Below are positions 44,401 to 53,730 of a DNA stretch of 64,000 nucleotides, piece by piece; within the stretch, counting starts at the first letter, position 1, and each line of letters opens with the position of its first letter. Made by a program: the position numbers and the translations under genes. The notes under the pieces are model-generated. The model saw only the letters and a program-made list of their open reading frames with translations, was not told the origin of the DNA and did no database searches. The stretch is from an uncultured Actinomycetes bacterium. GTDB lineage: Bacteria > Actinomycetota > Thermoleophilia > UBA2241. The DNA is taken from contig CAVPVX010000002.1 in assembly GCA_963709345.1 (NCBI GenBank), positions 128,001-192,000 on the forward strand, written 5' to 3'.

Positions 44401-45228
44401 GAAGCAAGCCGCCTCCCGAAGACGGGAGTTCGGCAGGGGCAGGCCCTGGTCCTCCGTCAGTCCGATCGCCGCCAGGAACCGGTCCCATTGCTCCAGCGGC
44501 ATGTCGACGCCGGGACTTGTTCCGTCAGAATGATGCAGACCGTGGAAATCACTCCCGCCGACCGTCAGCAGGCCGCGGCGTTCGGGCGACCGCCAGCAGA
44601 TCCTGCTGCGTGCTGCGGAAGTACAACTTGTAGAAGGCCTCGATGCCGTCCAATCCTTGTGGCTGCAGCCAGTCCAGGTACTCCTCGAGCCGCTCGATCG
44701 TCGTCAGCCCCGCGAGCGGATGGGCGAGGAGGACTCGTCCTCCGGCCTCGTGGATGAGGCAGATGGCCTCCGCGTGTCCGGCTGCTGCGGCGGGAGCGGT
44801 CACTCGGAGTCGACCGAGGCGCGAGGCCGAAGGCGCCCCGTCAGCGACGTGCCCGCCCGAGCGAGAAGACGCGCCTGCGACCGGCAGACGGGCGCCCCAG
44901 GGTCGCGCAGGACGTCTGCAGGCGCCAGCAAGGCCTCGTTCTCGGGGTCGAACCCGTAGCCCAGCAGGTGAAGCGGATCCCCTCGGCGACCGGGCGTGGA
45001 TCTCTACGCCCGGGACGACAGCGCATCCCTCGCTCTCTCGACCGCCGACCGGAAATCGCTCCAGTCCGCGCACAGGAGTTGTGGTCGGTCAGCGCCGCCC
45101 AGGCGACCCCGGCGCCGGCCAATGGTGGGCCACGTGCTCGGGCGAGATGGTCGCCGTCGCTCACCGAAGAGTGGCAGTGCAGGTCAACTCGAATGATGTC
45201 GCGGCAGTCTCTCGTGGACGTCCTTCAA
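41435..45228 (-). CDS. frameshifted multidomain sensor: PHP-TM-Cache-TM-PAS-PAS-CBS-CBS-DUF294 nucleotidyltransferase
   Basis: DLHCHS..SDG, ALTDHN, LAHP, GIEAFY, GGSDFHG; [38 protein letters not shown]; two PAS/PAC; GIVTDHD; [17 protein letters not shown]; pieces in ORFs 44841-45164, 44549-45073, 44212-44502, 43627-44058, 43070-43906, 42889-43530, 42948-43952, 41435-42988. Confidence 0.8.
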
Positions 45229-45432
45229 CGGGACACCTCGTTCCTGGCAGACGCGTGCACGCAAGGCCCCCAGACATACTACATGAGATGCCAGGCCACG
45301 GTGGACGGGTGGACAACTCGCCGCCGAGCGACACGTATCCTGTCCGGCCGGTCCGGGACTCCCGGCACAGCGGCCGGCGGCCGGTCACCACGCACGGTCG
45401 CACTGAGCACAGAAAGAGAGGAGTCGCAGGAC

Positions 45433-46050
45433 ATGGCCAACGGGGTAGCTTCGACCGAGACGGTCACCAAATTACTCGACACCAACGCTAATCCTGCTCC
45501 GTTGGGGCTGATGGGATTCGGCCTCACCACCATCTTGCTCAACATCCACAACGCGGGCTTCTACGACCTCAACGCCATGATCCTGGCGATGGGCATCTTC
45601 TACGGCGGTGTGGCCCAGATCATCGCCGGCATCATGGAGTGGCGGAAGAACAATACGTTCGGGACCTCGGCCTTCACTTCGTACGGGCTCTTCTGGCTGA
45701 CGCTGGCGGGCATCTGGCTGCTGCCGTCGATCTTTCCCGACACGCCGCTGCGCCGCCGGCTCCGAGCGAGACCGCTCATGGCCTGGTTCTTCGTGTTCTG
45801 GGGCCTTTTCACCGGCTACATGTTCGTCGGTACCCTCAAGCTGAATCGCGCCCTGCAGGTAGTCTTCGTCCTCCTCGACCATCCTCTTCTTCCTTCTCGC
45901 CATCCGCGATTTCGGAGGGGCGGCGATCTGGGGCACGATCGCCGGCTAGGAAGGCATCATCACCGGGCTTGCCGCCGTCTACGCGGCCTGCGCCCAGATC
46001 CTCAACGAGGTCTACAAGCGGGTGCTTCTGCCGCTCGGCCCGATCAGCCA
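45433..46050 (+). CDS. satP: acetate uptake channel SatP (GPR1/FUN34/YaaH), frameshifted
   Basis: [56 protein letters not shown]; frameshift near 45877 and TAG at 45947. Confidence 0.88.
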
Positions 46051-46500
46051 TCTATCGAAGGCGTTTCGTGCAGGATTACGGGGAAGAGATCGCCACCCTG
46101 TGGATCGCCGATCTGCGCCGCAATCCGCAGACGCCCTCGTACGGAGTGGTATCCGACGCGGAACTGATCGACGCAGGTGAGTTCGCCCTCACCCAGGTGG
46201 ACGAGTACTTCACCGGCAAGCGCAGCGGAGGCCGACATCGGCGAGTTCTTCCACGAGCTGGGAGCGACGAGGGCCGCAGACGGGCCTACCCCTTCCGGAA
46301 CTGATCAGCGCCATCCTGCTTCTGAAGCGCGAAGATCTGGATCTCGGCGCGCAGTCACGGGGTGTGGGAATCGGCCATGGACCTGCAGAAGGCGGTGGAT
46401 CTCAACCGCGAGCTGGGCCGGTTCTTCGACCGGGCGGTCTACTACGCCACCGCTCGGCTACACCGGCATGCCCGATCAGCCGACCAAGGACGTCTTCTAG
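46051..46500 (+). CDS. RsbR-N/globin-like helical domain, probably the C-terminus of SatP, frameshifted
   Basis: [29 protein letters not shown]...[10 protein letters not shown]...[14 protein letters not shown]...[12 protein letters not shown]. Confidence 0.6.
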
Positions 46501-46658
46501 ACGGTCCGTCGCGTCGAGACGGCGCTAGGGCCGAGCAAGACGAGCAGCCGCCGGATGCGGGTCTCGCATGACCGGCGGGCGTCTTCGTATTTCGGCACGG
46601 GTGAGTTCCGAGGACCGGGAGAGCGGCGCTGGGCCGCTCTCCCCGGACGCAGTGCGGT

Positions 46659-48681
46659 CTACTCCGCGCCAGCGGCCTCCGCGACCGCCTTGGGCTGCGT
46701 GCTCGGCTTCGCCGGGGCGTCTCCGGCGTGCTCGTCCAGCATGTCGGGCTTGGTGAGCTTCGACACGAGGTAGATCGCGAGGAAGCTGAGCGGGATCGAG
46801 ATGATGCCCGGGTTCTTGAGGGGGATCGGCGCGTCGGCGGGAGCGAGCCCGTAGAGCTCCCACGCGGTCGGCGAGAACACGATGATGCCCGACCGAGGCC
46901 ACGATACCGACGATGATCGACGCCACCATGCCCTTGGACGTGGTCCGCTTCCAGAACAGCATCATGATGATGCACGGCAGGTTCGCCGACGCGGCCACCG
47001 CGAAGGCCAGACCGACCAGGAACGAGACGTTGACGCCCTTGAAGACGATGCCGAGGAGGATGGCGATGGCGCCCACGGCGAAGGCCGCGATCTTGCCGGC
47101 CATGACCTTCTGCCTCTCGTTCTTGACCAGCCCGCCGAAGCGGTCCAGAGGTCGTGGGCGACGGCGCCGGAGGCGGCGATGATGAGGCCGCTGACGGTAC
47201 CGAGGACCGTCGCGAACGCGATGGCCGAGATCATGGCGAACAAGAAGGTGCCGAACGATCGGGCCAGAAGCGGGGCCGACATGTTGTTGTCCAGCAGGTT
47301 GACCGTCGCCGCTGGTCATCGCGCCGAGCCCCATGAACAGCGTCAGGATGTAGAAGAAGCCGATGGCGGCGATGGCGACGACCGTCGACTTGCGCGCCGC
47401 CCTCTGACTGGGCACGGTGTAGTAGCGGATCAGGATGTGCGGCAGCGCGGCCGTCCCCAGGAAGAGCGCGAGCATCAGGGAGATGAAGTCGATCCGCTGC
47501 GGTGAAGGAGCCCTCGAGCTTGAAGGACTGCCCAGGCCGGCTTGACCGATGCTCTCCCGAGCGTCGCGACCGAGTAGAAGACGGACACCTGGTCCGCTCC
47601 GTCCTGGAAGGACGCCGTCTTCCACAGGTTGACGACCGTGTCTCGGGTCACCGATAAGGGCGAGGAAGCTGAAGGGATTCGACGGGCACCGGTCCGTCGG
47701 CTCACGGTCTCGCCGGCGATCGCGCTCATGTTGCCGACCAGCCGCAAGCTGGTTGTCCTCGGACTCGGGGAGCGCCGTTGATCCAGTTTGGTGCCGTCTT
47801 CCTGGATCGACCATGCTGCTGCGTCTCGTGGAGCGCCACTCCCGAATCCGTGCGTCGTCGGCCTTCCACCAACGTCGCGACGCCGTCGTTCTCCAGCTTC
47901 GACGAACGTCAGGTGGTCTCGGCCTTGCCCGTCACCTCCTGCGTGCTCCAGCGCCTGGTAGGCCGGAGTCATCCGGGACGATGGTGCCGCTCGGTCTCCG
48001 TCGCGGTGATCGTCTTGTAGTCGATAGAAGGGGACCCTGCCTCCCTGATCGGGCTCGGTCGAGAGACCGCGGTACGCACAGCGCCACCACGATGACGAGC
48101 GACGAAGATGATCAGCAGCGCCGCCCTTGATGAACTGCACGTAGGTCGTGGAGGTCATGCCCGGCCGTGGCCACGATGGTGATGACGATGGCGCCGACCG
48201 AGCACGACGCCGACCCAGTGCGGGAAGCCGAGCAGCGGCGTGATGAGCACGCCGGCGCCGACCATCTGGGGGATCAGGTAGAAGATGGAGACGACCAGCG
48301 TGGCGATGGCGGCGAAGAGCTTGAGGCTGCGCTTGTTGAACTTGGCGTCGAGCGCGTCGGTGAACGTGTACCGGCCGAGGCGCCTCAGCGGCTCCGCCAC
48401 GACGAACAGGGCGACCACCCAGCCGGCCAGATAGCCGATGGAGTAGAGGAAGCCGTCGTAGCCGGAGACCGCGATCAGGCCGCAGATGCCCAGGAAGGAG
48501 GCGGCGGACAGGTAGTCGCCGGCGAAGGCGATGCCGTTGACGCCCCAGTGGATGCTGTCCTCCGGCGGCGTAGTAGCCTGGACGCGGAACGCGCCCGGCG
48601 GGCGGTGTAGAAGGAGACGCCGAGGACGAGGCCGACGATGACGAAGAAGATGACGACGGCCAGGGAATTGACCTCATCCAT
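46659..48681 (-). CDS. actP: cation/acetate symporter ActP (SSS family), frameshifted
   Basis: YYAAGG, NGIAFAGDYLSAASFLG, VAEPLRRLGRYTF, YLIPQMVGAG, LFLGTAALPHILIRYYTVP, FAVAASANLP. Confidence 0.88.
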
Positions 48682-48965
48682 CGTCAGACCTTCTCTTCAC
48701 GCTCGAACGACTTCTCGTGCTTGGTGCAGGCCAGTTGTAGACGATCGCCAGGAGAAGGGCGAGACGATCAGGCGAAGCCGTAGACGATCGCGAGTTGAGA
48801 CCTGCGACCACGATCGTGCCCATGGCCCTGGGCCAGGCGACGTTGACGATGATGAAGATGAGGTAGACGGACGCCGTAGACGGCGAGCATCCACAGCCCA
48901 AGGCGCTTCTTGTAGGCCGCCGCCTCGTCTACGCCGTGGACTGCTGGTGCGGGCTCATGGAGCAT
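48674..48965 (-). CDS. DUF485 (YjcH-like) small membrane protein, frameshifted
   Basis: MLHEPAP...AAAYKKRLGLWM...GLNLAIVYGF; standard partner upstream of actP. Confidence 0.75.
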
Positions 48966-49010
48966 GCCTCTCCCCCATTTCACGTCGAGGTTGATCAATC
49001 CCTACTTCCG

Positions 49011-49069
49011 TGCGTGGTCGAGGGAGACCGTTGCCCCCAGCAGAAGAGTGACTCCCCTCGACCCACGCA
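49011..49069 (-). promoter_or_regulatory. long imperfect hairpin in DUF485-actP leader
   Basis: TGCGTGGTCGAGGGAGAC pairs with GACTCCCCTCGACCCACGCA; extended -10 TGGTACGGT at 49090-49082. Confidence 0.45.
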
Positions 49070-49113
49070 GGGATGCGAGGAACCGTACCATGAAGGCGGC
49101 TTGAGGACGAGGG

Positions 49114-50090
49114 CTACGCTGCTGGATAAGGCGGATTGTGCCCCGGCGCGATCTCACCGCAGCGGCTTGAGACATGAGTCGAGAAGCCGCGTGTCCCGGT
49201 GCTGACCCTCGAGAAGGCGGCTGCACGTCCGGCGTCAGCGCCCCCGCACCGCGGCACACGCGCTTGGTCGCGCTCGCGAGCCGCAGGTTCTGTGGGATCA
49301 GGAGCGTCGCCTCGTAGCCCACCGTGTGCAGCCCCGTCGCCGGCGCCGCCGGCGCGCCCGGCGCCACGGCGTACGACAGCAACGAGGCCAGCCAGAGGAC
49401 GGGCACGTTGTGATACGTGGGTCGCGGCTTCCAGGGGCCTGCCGCCTGCGTCGTGAAGGCGCCCCGCAGGCCGTACCAGTCGGCCCCGACAAGCGGGGTC
49501 GCCGCGTGCCGGTTCAGCCCGCAGAGATCCCAGTGCGAGTACGTGACGGGCTGACTGCCGGCAGCTCCCCGGATTCGTCCTCCCAGCGCATCGGATACAC
49601 GTACTGCTCGAACGCCGCCGACAGAGAGCCCGTCGCCGGAGCCACCGTGCGCGTGCCGGGATCCGCGGGGTACGCCAGGCGCGGACCTTGGCCGGCGTCC
49701 GCCGGGCCACGCGCGTGAACGACTCGTCACCGGTCGTATCGAGGCTGCCCGGACCGGCGCGCGGCGTGTAACCCGAGAGCCGGAACCGTGAGGTCGCGTT
49801 CGCCGCCTGCACGACCACTTGGTACGTGTCGCCGCGCACCCCCTCGTCGACCAGCTCGTCGTTCAGCACCTCGGGCACCGCGTAGTCGATGGCCTCGCGG
49901 CCCGGCCAGAGCGAGGGAAATCCCTGCCTGTGCGTTCCCGGGCAGGTCCGCCACTCGCTCGCTCCCTTGGCGACGGGGCCGAGCAGGTCGATGAAGCAGT
50001 CGTTGTCCGGCGGCGTGCAGGTGAGCTCGACGTGGGCGCCGCCGTGTGCGTCACGGTCTGGGGAAGCCGGTACACGAAGACCTGGTTTTG
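49114..50090 (-). pseudogene. fragmented hypothetical (probably extracellular) protein
   Basis: Coding-like stretches switch between frames (VELTCTPPDNDCFIDL..AIDYAVPEV; YSHWDL..WYGLRGAF); no clear start. Confidence 0.35.
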
Positions 50091-50164
50091 ACTCCTCCTG
50101 CCGGCCCGCAGATTCACTATACTGTCGGCGCACCGACGAGTCTCCTGAAGAGGTCCGCACGCCG

Positions 50165-51787
50165 ATGTTCGCCCGTCCTCGTCCTATAGCAGACCCGGCC
50201 CGCCGGCATCGCGTCGCGCTCGCCGTCGCGCTCATCCTTCTGGTGTCGACGGGGCTGCGCCTGTGGCAACTCGGCACGCCTTCCGACTACATGTTCGACG
50301 AGGTGTACTACGCCAAAGACGCCAAGGCCATCGTCGACGGCCGCGTGGGCCCGCAGCCGCCGCTGCGCTGGGAGGCCGGGGACGAGGTCTCGTGGCCCCA
50401 CCCCGAGATGGGCAAGTTCGCGATCGCCGCCGGCGTCAGGCTGTTCGGCGATCGCGCGTTTGGCTGGAGACTGCCGGCGGTGGTCGCCGGCATAGCGCTC
50501 CTCGCCTGCGTGTACCCGCTCGCGCGTCGACTCGGTCTGACGCCCCCTTGGGCGCTCATCGCGCTCCTTCTCGCGGCGGCGGACCCGCTCGGCATCGCGC
50601 AGTCGCGCATCGCCACGCTCGACATCTTCATCGCCGCCTGGACGGGCCTCTGCGTCCTCTTCGCCCTGCGCTACGCCCAGGAGGGGTGGCGGACCCCCTG
50701 GCTCTTCGCCTGCGGGGCCGCCGGCGGCATGGCACTCGCGACCAAGTGGTCGGGAGCCCTCGCTCTGGTCGCGGCGACGCTTATCATCCTCGCCGCATGG
50801 ATCGCGGAGCGACGTGAGACGCGGACAGCCGGCGGAGCCGCCTTGGCGACGCTTCCCGGCAACGGACTCGCCGGCGACGACTCCGTCTCGTCCGGCGACG
50901 TCCCGGCCGCCCACGACGATCCGGGTGAACGCCGCGGCGCCGGGCCGGCCCCGATGGCCGCGGGGCGCCGCCTGGTCATGCTGGTGGCCGCCCTCGTCGC
51001 GCTCCCGACGGCCCTCTACCTCCTGAGCTACGTGCAGTACTTCGCGAGCGGCCACACCACGGCCGACTGGTGGGAACTGCATCGCCAGATGGTGCAGTTC
51101 AACCTCAACCTCGACGCCGAGCACTCGTACGCGTCGCTCGCTCCCACCTGGATCGTCGACTACAGGCCGGTGTGGTACTACTTCGACGGGCAGGAGGTAT
51201 ACCGGGGCGTCGTCGCGATCGGCAATCCGTTCCTCTGGTGGCTGGGGGCGCTCTCGCTCGTCGCCGCGCCGATCCTCGCGATCGCGCGGCGGTCCACGGC
51301 GCTCCTCCCCGCCGCGGCCCTCGTGGTCATCCTCTACTTCCCGTGGTTCGCGACCACGCGCACCTCCTTCCTCTACTACATGACGCCGGTGGCGCCGTTC
51401 CTCGCGATCCTGGTGGCCGCGGCGCTCTGCCTCTTCGCCGGCGGCGTCGTGCCGCGCCGCGGCTGGCTCGCGCTCGCCGGCGCGGCGCTCGCCACCGCGC
51501 TCCTGTGGCAGCCCGTGGGGCAGCTCGCCGGCTGGCTGTTCTGGACGCTGCCACGCCGGGCGGGCGACGCCATGGGCTGGATCGGCGTGACCGTGGGGAT
51601 CCTCATCGCGCTCGTCGTCCTCGTCGCCCTCACCTCACGTCGGCTGAAGCCCCACCGGCCGTGGATCGCCCTGGCCGTCGCCGGCGTCGTCGTCGGCATC
51701 GTGGTCGCGTTCATTCCAGTCGTACTCGCCCTGCCGATCACGCCGGAGTACTTCTCGCGCATCACCTGGTTCCCAAGCTGGATCTGA
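50165..51787 (+). CDS. protein O-mannosyltransferase-like GT-C glycosyltransferase (PMT/GT39)
   Basis: FDEVYYAKDA, HPEMGK, FGWR, SRIATLD, ATKWSG, HSYAS, RPVWYY, GNPFLWW, FLYY. Confidence 0.88.
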   Translation: MFARPRPIADPARRHRVALAVALILLVSTGLRLWQLGTPSDYMFDEVYYAKDAKAIVDGRVGPQPPLRWEAGDEVSWPHPEMGKFAIAAGVRLFGDRAFGWRLPAVVAGIALLACVYPLARRLGLTPPWALIALLLAAADPLGIAQSRIATLDIFIAAWTGLCVLFALRYAQEGWRTPWLFACGAAGGMALATKWSGALALVAATLIILAAWIAERRETRTAGGAALATLPGNGLAGDDSVSSGDVPAAHDDPGERRGAGPAPMAAGRRLVMLVAALVALPTALYLLSYVQYFASGHTTADWWELHRQMVQFNLNLDAEHSYASLAPTWIVDYRPVWYYFDGQEVYRGVVAIGNPFLWWLGALSLVAAPILAIARRSTALLPAAALVVILYFPWFATTRTSFLYYMTPVAPFLAILVAAALCLFAGGVVPRRGWLALAGAALATALLWQPVGQLAGWLFWTLPRRAGDAMGWIGVTVGILIALVVLVALTSRRLKPHRPWIALAVAGVVVGIVVAFIPVVLALPITPEYFSRITWFPSWI

Positions 51788-52018
51788 CCGGCCGGTGCTC
51801 GTCAAGGGCGCTCTCGCGAACCAGCGAGATCGGACGTACTATCACGCCGCAGCGACGTGGCTGTGCCAAGCTTTGGCTTCGCCTCACATCGATGCGTCGC
51901 CTGGCGGATGTCCGCAGCGCATGGCCGCAGTCGTCACGGCAGTGACGTCTCAGTAGTCGGGGGGGATGTATGGCCCCGTATCCGAACCATCTATCCCCCG
52001 CGGTCAGCGTCCCAGGAA

Positions 52019-52270
52019 GAGGTGTACGAACGACTCTGCAGTGGTCGCCTTGAAGAAGAGGCGACCACTGCTCCATCCTCGAGGGTGGCGAAACCCAAGA
52101 GATCGAGGAGGAGACAGTGGCCAAGGACAACTTGGACCTTCTGGCGTGGTTGCGCAAGCAGCTCGCCGAGGCAGAGCCCGACCTGCTGCGTGAGATGGTG
52201 AAGAGCTTCGCCGAGGCGCTGATGGGCGCCGAGGCCGATGCGCTCTGCGGAGCGCCGTTCCGGGAGCGCG
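52019..52270 (+). mobile_element. IS256-family left-end remnant with truncated transposase
   Basis: RBS GAGGAGG, GTG 52117: DLLAWLRKQL..DLLREMVKSFAEALMGAEADALCGAP, then similarity stops; upstream hairpin GCAGTGGTCGCCT/AGGCGACCACTGC; left boundary approximate. Confidence 0.75.
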
Positions 52271-52351
52271 CAAGCGCCCCCTCGTCTCAAGCCATGAACC
52301 GCTGCCCTGCCTACGAGTGGGCGGCTCAGATGGCGCAGACGGTCAGCTCGA

Positions 52352-53413
52352 TCACGCGAATACCTTCTCGATGAAGCTCGATGTGCACAGCTGCAATACC
52401 CCGACGTAGTCGGGGCGAAAGCGGATGACATCACCCGGAAGAGGCGCCGGCATCATTCTGTCGACATCGATCAGAAGGTGGTCGCTTGAGGCGCCGAGCA
52501 CGAAGACTCTGGGGTCGAGCGGGGTGAGTCCCTCCACCCGACAGTCCTGGCGACCCACAGCACAGATCGCCCTTCTCCTCACTCCCTGATCCTCGAACAC
52601 GGGGGTGTCGCCCCAGGCGTTCTGCGCCTTGTGGCCGCGAGGGGCACTGGGCTTCAGCTTGGATTCCACCACCGGGGCCTCCAGTATGAAGGCGTCGTTG
52701 TGAAGACCGGCGATGGGCCACCGCGTCAGTGCGTCCACGCCTTGGAGGATGCTCTCTCCGATGCGCAGCGAGCTGACGCCTTGGGGCATGCGTCCGGAGA
52801 CGACCATCGAGATGCTCCCGGAGCTCCCGGCGCTGACACGGAGTCGGTGCCCCACTTGTCTCTGCGCAGCCTCCGCCAACTCGATGAGATGCGTCATGTT
52901 GCTCTCGTCGGGGACCACTGCGCCATAGCACGTCAGGTTCGTGCCGATGCCCATGAGCTTCACGTGCGAAAGCTGATCGACCGCGCTCACGAACGCGGGC
53001 AATTCGCTCGGCATCATGCCTTCTCGCAAGTCGCCGAGCTCAATCATCGCCAAGACCTGGTGCACCCTTCCCTGCTCGGATGCGGCTCTGTCGAGAGATC
53101 GACACGTTGCCACTTCGCTGGCCAGGGAGACATCAAAGAGCCGGACGGTCTCGTCGGCTCTCGAGGGGGGAGGCGCACGAAGCAGCCACAGTGGCGTCAT
53201 GATCCCGGCGTCGCGCAGCCGCTGAGCGCTCTCATGTCGAGACTCACCCAAGGCGGTCGCCCCGCCGGCCAGCATCGATCTCGCGACCTCAGGCGCGCCG
53301 CACACGCACTTGGTGACGCCCACGACGTCGATGCCCCCGACCATGCCCACGATAGAGCGGGTGTTGTCGGCGATCTTGCCAAGGTCGACGAGCAGTCTTG
53401 CCTTCTCGAGCAC
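52352..53413 (-). CDS. orr: alanine/ornithine racemase-family PLP enzyme (probable ornithine racemase)
   Basis: VGVTK, MIELGDLREG, IGTNLTCYGAV, LRIGE, VGRQD, LGASSDH; ornithine genes nearby. Confidence 0.8.
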   Translation of the reverse strand: MLEKARLLVDLGKIADNTRSIVGMVGGIDVVGVTKCVCGAPEVARSMLAGGATALGESRHESAQRLRDAGIMTPLWLLRAPPPSRADETVRLFDVSLASEVATCRSLDRAASEQGRVHQVLAMIELGDLREGMMPSELPAFVSAVDQLSHVKLMGIGTNLTCYGAVVPDESNMTHLIELAEAAQRQVGHRLRVSAGSSGSISMVVSGRMPQGVSSLRIGESILQGVDALTRWPIAGLHNDAFILEAPVVESKLKPSAPRGHKAQNAWGDTPVFEDQGVRRRAICAVGRQDCRVEGLTPLDPRVFVLGASSDHLLIDVDRMMPAPLPGDVIRFRPDYVGVLQLCTSSFIEKVFA

Positions 53414-53730
53414 GAGCCGACCTCCCTTGGGCGCCGTCGGCATCCGAGGATATCAGGTCATCGGCTCGCTGGCAGAGGCACGCGCCCGGGCCGAGCCAAG
53501 CGTAGAGATCCGCCATGCCGCGGACCACGAGGTCGACGGTGCGATCATGGAGCGGCCATCCTGCTCCCCCGCTAGATGCCACCCCTCCTGCGTGTCCATA
53601 CTGGGTGCAGAGGAGGTGGTGTGCATGACCAGAGTCCCCGATGAGGTGCAGCGCTCAGGCGGCGGTCGGGGTAAGCGTCGGGGGTTGGCGTTGCCGCAGG
53701 TACGCGACCCACTCGGGAGCTCCGGTGCTG

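Noticed and set aside
45947-45949. In-frame TAG in satP (IAG*EGII) as possible pyrrolysine/readthrough
   Set aside because: Homologues have Tyr/Trp here, one base away. The site lies in the error-dense zone and no pyl genes are seen.
49097-49171. Repeated GCGGCTTGAG upstream of DUF485-actP
   Set aside because: Only two copies of a 10-mer in GC-rich DNA; could be chance.
53430-53720. Small ORFs between ATP-grasp and racemase
   Set aside because: No coherent coding signal or family motif.
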